Shown here: positions 59,058-64,000 of the stretch, piece by piece
Layout: the number at the start of each line of letters is the position of its first letter
Numbering within the stretch: the first letter of the stretch is position 1
Assembly (NCBI GenBank): GCA_015523605.1
Contig: WAKC01000043.1
Location: 47,339-111,338 of the forward strand
Source of the DNA: Candidatus Geothermarchaeota archaeon
GTDB taxonomy: Archaea; Thermoproteota; Nitrososphaeria; Geothermarchaeales; JDFR-13
Direction of reading: 5' to 3'
DNA length: 64,000 bases
Position numbers and translations under genes: made by a program
The notes under the pieces: generated by a model
What the model was told of the DNA's origin: nothing
The model's database searches: none
What the model saw: the letters and a program-made list of their open reading frames with translations, nothing else

Positions 59058-59058
59058 T

Positions 59059-59514
59059 ATGCCTGAAGGTAGAGTAGTCGATGAAGATATTGATTTGAAT
59101 AAGGTTGTTGAGGAGATGTCTAGACACGCTGAGGATGGTATGGGGGCGATAGTCGTCTTCATAGGTTTTGTGAAGGGGGATATTGAGGGTAGGAAAGTTT
59201 CAAAATTGGATTACAGCGTTTATGAACCATATACCTCAAAGAAGCTCGATGAGATTGCTAAGGAGGAGATGGATGAAGGAGTATATGATATCAGGATCTA
59301 TCATAAACATGGGAGTCTCAATGTGGGGGATAAAACCCTCTATATATTGGTGGCTGCTAAGGGGAGGAAATTAGGTTTTGAGAAGGCTAGTAAGGTTTTG
59401 GAGAGGGTTAAGTTTGAACCTCCTATATTTAAACTTGAGTATCGTGAGGACGGGGAATACTGGGTATTTGGTGATGGATCGAGGTTAAAACGCGAGTCTA
59501 AAAGCGGGAGATGA
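59059..59514 (+). CDS. moaE: molybdopterin synthase catalytic subunit
   Basis: IVVFIGFVKG...IYHKHGSLNVGD...KFEPPIFKLEY matches MoaE. The ATG at 59059 lies 2 nt after the moaD stop. Confidence 0.7.
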   Translation: MPEGRVVDEDIDLNKVVEEMSRHAEDGMGAIVVFIGFVKGDIEGRKVSKLDYSVYEPYTSKKLDEIAKEEMDEGVYDIRIYHKHGSLNVGDKTLYILVAAKGRKLGFEKASKVLERVKFEPPIFKLEYREDGEYWVFGDGSRLKRESKSGR

Positions 59515-60478
59515 GGTCTGCTACATATTCTATATTGTCTCTAGTCCATCTAATCGGATATATATGGATACCCATGTTTATAGTGCTTATCTTATCAGAG
59601 ATATTCAAAAGGTTTTTGAGGACATTCTCCAGATAGTCGATATATTTATTTTGGGAATATTCTAGGGAGGGGTTGTTTTTTCCACCACTTAATCTGGCTA
59701 TCAATTCTTCAATTCCTTCTTTATTTGGGATAACCCCTACTAATATGGCTATCTCATTATCCAACATATTAGATACATTTTCAATTAGTTTCTTCAATGG
59801 CTCTTCATCTAATATAATCTGTGTCTGGAAGAATTCCGCACCTGCCTTCACCTTGGAAATAAAATTGTCTCTCTCATTCTCCCTATTCGGGATTAGCCCA
59901 GCCCCTATGGCGAATCTCCATCTCTCCACCTCAATACGTCTACCATTGACTTCTATACATCCCTCCTTGAAAGACTTGGCTATTCTTACTGCTTCAGAGA
60001 AGGTCATGTCACTTACTTTGATATCCCCAGATATTAGAAGTAGACCTTCTATTTTGGCGAGGGAATACTCTATAAGTTTACCAATATAAGTCGTCTGGTT
60101 CTCGGTTCGATAGGGGAGATGGTTTATAATGTGGACATCCAATTCTTTTGAAATGCAGTAGGCGGGTATTGCCGTGTCTGACGAGGGTATTCCTAGGGGA
60201 TTCTGAGGGAGATTACAGAGTTTGAAATATTTATTGAGATTATATTCCTTGAAGAGTTTAATTGCCTCGTTCAGGTTATCCCATCTCCTTACTGGGGGGA
60301 GTTCAATCGATTTAGGCTCTTTATTCTTTAGTATATAAAATATTTCCTCCATATCTTCTTCACTCAAGGGAGTGTCAACTAAAATATATAGGCTTTGAGG
60401 ATGATTAAATATGTTGATTGATATGGTCAAATCCTTTGTAGTCGGTATCTTCCCTCGATCTCCAAAATTGATAAACAT
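59498..60478 (-). CDS. methylenetetrahydrofolate reductase (MetF)-like protein
   Basis: Aligns by eye to MTHFR blocks: LLLISGD (IVALRGD), FAIGAGLIP, AEFFQTQIILD (ITQFFFD), ILVGVIP (IIPGILP), GIHIYPI. The start is uncertain; an internal Met at about 60352 would remove the overlap with the divergent metE-N gene. Confidence 0.5.
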   Translation of the reverse strand: MFINFGDRGKIPTTKDLTISINIFNHPQSLYILVDTPLSEEDMEEIFYILKNKEPKSIELPPVRRWDNLNEAIKLFKEYNLNKYFKLCNLPQNPLGIPSSDTAIPAYCISKELDVHIINHLPYRTENQTTYIGKLIEYSLAKIEGLLLISGDIKVSDMTFSEAVRIAKSFKEGCIEVNGRRIEVERWRFAIGAGLIPNRENERDNFISKVKAGAEFFQTQIILDEEPLKKLIENVSNMLDNEIAILVGVIPNKEGIEELIARLSGGKNNPSLEYSQNKYIDYLENVLKNLLNISDKISTINMGIHIYPIRWTRDNIEYVADLISRF

Positions 60479-61319
60479 TTGGAAGGCTTATGAGCGTGGA
60501 GAAGTTACTGAAGAAGAGTTTAAGGATTCATATCTAGAGCATATAAAGAATGTGGTGGACATATATATAGAGGGTTCCCTGGATGTTATACATGACCCGC
60601 AGTCAAATTGGCACGACCATTTCAGGCCTTTCACGTATTTTGAGGGATTGGAAGCTGGACCCCTTACTAGGTTTTATGAAAATAATACGTTTTATAGAAG
60701 ACCCATATTTAGGGAGATTCCAAAGTTTTCTGAGGCGGTATTAAAAGATTTTCTTTCCAAGCTTTTTGATAGTAGGGTTGATGGGATCAGTATACCGGGT
60801 CCGCACATGTGGATTACACATTCGATATTCAAAGGTGTTGATAAGCTTAGAAGTATAGAGATTTTGCTAGAGGAGGTAGTGAGGTATCTGGTCGATATAG
60901 GGTATAGATGGGTGTTTCTGCATGAACCTTCGCTCGTGTATTATGGTGATGAGGTATCAAGGGTTGAGAAGCTATACAAAGGTTTAATGGATTACAGGGA
61001 TAATATAGTTGTCTATACCTATTTTGGTAAGGTTAATGATGTACTTAACTATCTAGGGTCTTTAGGCTTTAAATTCTCGGTTGATATGAGATGGAATAGT
61101 ATAAGGGACTTATCGTCTTTTTCTAAGGGACCAGTGATACTGGGTATTATCGATGGTCAAAACACTCTCTTAGAGGATCCAGAAGATATTAAGAGATTTT
61201 TAGTTGACAAGTTTGGGGATGATGAGATATGGATATGTAATAATGTGGATCTGGATTTCCTACCATATGACTATGCCTTGAAGAAAGTCTGGATACTTTC
61301 TAGAATAGGGGGTGGATAG
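60411..61319 (+). CDS. MetE N-terminal-domain-like (UROD/MetE TIM-barrel) protein
   Basis: VGIFPRSPKL resembles the MetE IGSFPR motif. Lacks the zinc ligands. Precedes the catalytic metE with an 8-nt overlap. Confidence 0.55.
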   Translation: MLIDMVKSFVVGIFPRSPKLINIWKAYERGEVTEEEFKDSYLEHIKNVVDIYIEGSLDVIHDPQSNWHDHFRPFTYFEGLEAGPLTRFYENNTFYRRPIFREIPKFSEAVLKDFLSKLFDSRVDGISIPGPHMWITHSIFKGVDKLRSIEILLEEVVRYLVDIGYRWVFLHEPSLVYYGDEVSRVEKLYKGLMDYRDNIVVYTYFGKVNDVLNYLGSLGFKFSVDMRWNSIRDLSSFSKGPVILGIIDGQNTLLEDPEDIKRFLVDKFGDDEIWICNNVDLDFLPYDYALKKVWILSRIGGG

Positions 61320-62361
61320 AATGTTATATACACAGGAGATAGGGAGTATCAAGAAGCCACGATATTTAATCGATATGTATAAATTGTTTCTCAATGGCCA
61401 GGTTGATTATGAATTTCTGCGGCCCTATATAGAGGCTGCTAGTCTAGATACAATAAGGATGTTGGAGGGAGCGGGTCTTGATATTGTGTATGATGGTGAG
61501 ATGCATCGCTGGGAGATGTATTACCATCCCATTACTTTTATAGATGGTATTGAAGTAGCTGGATATGTTAGGGTCTGGGATAACTTCTATTTTCTGAAAG
61601 GTAGGGTAGTTAAAAGGCCGAGACTAATTAAGAACTATCATCTTGATGAAGCCCTATTCATCCTAAGACAGGCTAATAAAAAAGTGAAGATTCCGGTAAC
61701 TGGTCCATATACCCTTGCAGACTGGACTTTCAATGAATACTACCGTTTAAATAAAGGGTATGAAGATCCTGTGAAGGTTGATTATGAGGCGAAATATGAA
61801 TTCAGTCTTGATTTGGCGAGGAATATAATCAATCCTATATTGAAGGAGCTTTCAAAGCTTGATATATTCCGTATCCAGATTGATGAACCAGCTGCCACTA
61901 CACACCCCAATGAGATGGATATTGTCGTAGATGCATTTAATAAGTCGGTCGAGGGGGTTGAGAAGGATGTTTCCATCCATATTTGTTATAGTGATTATAG
62001 TGTGTTGATACCATATTTAGATAGGTTCAAGACTGTTCAGTATACTCTTGAATTTGCAAATAGGGATTCATGGGGCTTGGGTGTAGATGATGAGTCTCGA
62101 CCTGGATATACACTCCTGAGAGAGCTGGTTGATTATGGATATGATTTTGAATTGGGTCTCGGTGTTATTGATGTTCATACTGATAAGATTGAACCTCCAG
62201 AACTTATTAGGGATAGGATCCTATATGCTTTGAAGTTTCTACCTCCTGAGAAGATTTATATTAATCCAGACTGTGGTCTTAGGACTAGGTCGAGGGATGT
62301 AGCTTATGTTAAGCTTAGGAATATGGTCAGAGCTGTTGAGATGGTTAGACAGATACTTTGA
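61312..62361 (+). CDS. metE: cobalamin-independent methionine synthase catalytic domain
   Basis: IGSIKKP N-terminal motif. Zinc ligands in HICYSDY and in INPDCGLRTR near the C-terminus. Confidence 0.75.
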   Translation: MDRMLYTQEIGSIKKPRYLIDMYKLFLNGQVDYEFLRPYIEAASLDTIRMLEGAGLDIVYDGEMHRWEMYYHPITFIDGIEVAGYVRVWDNFYFLKGRVVKRPRLIKNYHLDEALFILRQANKKVKIPVTGPYTLADWTFNEYYRLNKGYEDPVKVDYEAKYEFSLDLARNIINPILKELSKLDIFRIQIDEPAATTHPNEMDIVVDAFNKSVEGVEKDVSIHICYSDYSVLIPYLDRFKTVQYTLEFANRDSWGLGVDDESRPGYTLLRELVDYGYDFELGLGVIDVHTDKIEPPELIRDRILYALKFLPPEKIYINPDCGLRTRSRDVAYVKLRNMVRAVEMVRQIL

Positions 62362-62412
62362 AGACAACTTCCTATAATAAGAAGTTATGGACATATAGAT
62401 TATGTATAATAG

Positions 62413-63084
62413 GTGTTTCTAATGGATTGGGAGGTTACTCAGAAACCCGCTTATAGTCTTTTAAAGGTGAGGCTTGATCCAGGCGAGTCGGTTACCGCTG
62501 AAGCTGGTGCATTCATATATGGTTTTGGGGACTATGATATTGAGACTAAAACTGGAGGGGTTATGGCTAGTTTAGCTAGAGCGTTTCTAGGTGGTGAATC
62601 TATATTTCTCAACACCTTTAATGCAAAATCTCCATCAGAGCTATGGTTCGCACCATCCTTACCAGGCGACATCGAGTATAGAGAGTTGAGGGGGAAGCTA
62701 ATTATTCAGGATTTCAGCTATCTAGCCCATCACGGCGATGTTAAAATCAGTGTGGAGTGGAAGGGATTTAAGGGATTATTGGCTGAAGGTGAGCTGGTAT
62801 GGTTAAAGGCTGAGGGAAATGGTGGAGTATGGATAAACGCATATGGCGGTATGGAGGTTATAGAGTTGAAGGAGGGTGAGAAGGTTACAGTTGACAACTT
62901 TCATTTCGTAGCTATGGACCCCACGATTAAATATAGTATTAAAAAATTCGGGGGATGGAAGAGTTTCTTCTTGGGTGGTGAAGGTATAGTAGCAGAGTTG
63001 AGAGGACCTGGAAAGGTATATCTACAGACTAGGTCTCTACCGCCCTTCGTAAACTTTATCCGTAAGTTCTTACCACGGAGTTAG
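62413..63084 (+). CDS. AIM24/DUF124-family protein
   Basis: LDPGESVTAEAGAFIYGFGDYDIETKTGG fits the family pattern as I recall it. Confidence 0.45.
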   Translation: MFLMDWEVTQKPAYSLLKVRLDPGESVTAEAGAFIYGFGDYDIETKTGGVMASLARAFLGGESIFLNTFNAKSPSELWFAPSLPGDIEYRELRGKLIIQDFSYLAHHGDVKISVEWKGFKGLLAEGELVWLKAEGNGGVWINAYGGMEVIELKEGEKVTVDNFHFVAMDPTIKYSIKKFGGWKSFFLGGEGIVAELRGPGKVYLQTRSLPPFVNFIRKFLPRS

Positions 63085-63101
63085 CCCTCCACCCTATTTT
63101 T

Positions 63102-63521
63102 TTATTTGAAGAGTCTTCTATGTTCTTTCATCATGCATCTATTCCAGACTGTTGTTATGCCTTTCTCTCTAGCCTTATAGATGCTCTCGTGGAATATTCC
63201 CTCTTGTAGCCATATGACCTTAAAATTCTTTTTCAATGCTTCCTCAACAATTTTAGGCACTTCATCCGAAGGTCTAAAGACGTTTAAAATCTCGGTATCC
63301 TCTGGAACCTCCGAAATCGATTTATACACCTTCTTACCAAGTATCTCGTCTGCAGTAGGGTTTATAGGTATAATCTCATAACCATTCTCCATAAGATATC
63401 TAGGTACATAATGTGCTGGCTTCTCAGGATTCCTCGACATTCCTACTACAGCTATCTTCCTATATTTCCTATATATTTCCCTGATTTCCTCATCTGTAAG
63501 ACCGTCACTGGGAATGTTCAT
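63102..63521 (-). CDS. CoA-binding domain protein (YccU-like)
   Basis: IAVVGMSRNPEKPAHYVPRYL. Confidence 0.7.
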   Translation of the reverse strand: MNIPSDGLTDEEIREIYRKYRKIAVVGMSRNPEKPAHYVPRYLMENGYEIIPINPTADEILGKKVYKSISEVPEDTEILNVFRPSDEVPKIVEEALKKNFKVIWLQEGIFHESIYKAREKGITTVWNRCMMKEHRRLFK

Positions 63522-63607
63522 ATTAGTATAGATTGCTTCATCTAATACCTATACCAGTGATATATATTTTAAATGAATAATGAACCAGTTATAATGCTTA
63601 TATTATT

Positions 63608-64000
63608 ATGACAAAGTTTTCAGAAAACATCTTCAAAATTAGGTATGCCATTCGGGATTTAGTACCTGTTGCAAAAGCAGTTGAACGGAAGGGTGTAAAG
63701 GTTATATATCTAAATATTGGTGATCCCCTTAGGTATGACTTTGAGACTCCTAGGCATATCATCGAGACCATGTATAAGGCGTCCCTCTCCGGCCATAACT
63801 ACTACTCTGATTCACAGGGAATTTATGAATTGAGGGAGGCTCTCTCTGAGCATCTCAAGAGTAAATATAAGCTTAGCGTACCCCCAGAGCATATTATAGT
63901 TACTAATGGAGTTGCAGAAGGTATTAACTTCACAATTAGATTGTTTACAGATCCTGGTGATGAGATTTTAGTGCCAGGTCCATCATATCCAGCTTACATA
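63608..64000 (+). CDS. class I/II aminotransferase, alanine aminotransferase-like (partial, continues beyond window)
   Basis: N-terminal IRDL..VAKAVERKGVKVIYLNIGDP and NYYSDSQG. Truncated at the window end. Confidence 0.7.
   Translation, partial: MTKFSENIFKIRYAIRDLVPVAKAVERKGVKVIYLNIGDPLRYDFETPRHIIETMYKASLSGHNYYSDSQGIYELREALSEHLKSKYKLSVPPEHIIVTNGVAEGINFTIRLFTDPGDEILVPGPSYPAYI

Noticed and set aside
1-64000. CRISPR arrays, tRNA/rRNA genes, transposases/integrases, and Walker-A ATPase/nuclease defence-type modules
   Set aside because: No regularly spaced direct repeats, no T-loop-like GTTC(G/A)AATC motifs in intergenic regions, and no P-loop (GxxxxGK[ST]) ORFs other than PP-loop TtuA. The window reads as core chromosome.

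Overview
Dense, almost entirely core-metabolic chromosomal window (about 40-43% GC by eye) with codon usage typical of an aerobic crenarchaeon (ATA/AGG/AGA-rich, Sulfolobales/Thermoprotei-like); the organism assignment is tentative. All calls rest on reading the translated ORFs for family-defining motifs; no database search was run.

Contents in order:
- The partial 3' end of a heme-copper oxidase operon: subunit I, plus a subunit II-like protein that has lost the CuA cysteines. A membrane-anchored cupredoxin is transcribed divergently from it.
- A complete four-gene 2-oxoacid dehydrogenase complex (E1alpha, E1beta, E2, E3) with a convergent lipoate-protein ligase.
- A HIT protein.
- A contiguous pyrimidine operon pyrF-E-B-I-C-K-D.
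- A heme O synthase / compact heme A synthase pair.
- A PduO-type corrinoid adenosyltransferase.
- A flippase-like membrane protein and two secreted hypotheticals.
- A his operon hisG-D-C-B-H-A-F, with a divergent gene encoding HisI fused to a type I phosphoribosyltransferase domain.
- tatA-tatC.
- An isopropylmalate/isocitrate dehydrogenase-family enzyme, citrate synthase, and an L-lactate/malate dehydrogenase followed by a lutC-lutA-lutB-like lactate utilisation set.
- Molybdenum cofactor genes: moaA, two tandem moeA (the second with a periplasmic-binding-like C-terminus), and moaD-moaE.
- A carbamate kinase.
- A TtuB-like Gly-Gly sulfur carrier next to a TtuA/NcsA tRNA thiolase.
- An aldo-keto reductase, a PIN-like protein and SfsA.
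- An M32 carboxypeptidase and a ferritin-VIT1 fusion.
- An enoyl-CoA hydratase.
- A metF-like gene next to a split metE pair.
- A partial aminotransferase at the right edge.

I found no CRISPR array, tRNA, rRNA, transposase/integrase or P-loop defence-type module. The more unusual items are:
- the HisI-PRTase fusion
- a Met-rich cupredoxin beside a 16-bp perfect palindrome
- a GC-rich nested hairpin upstream of a membrane transporter gene
- a degenerate DHH (Cdc45/RecJ-like) protein with a small partner
- an unusually AT-rich 330-bp spacer
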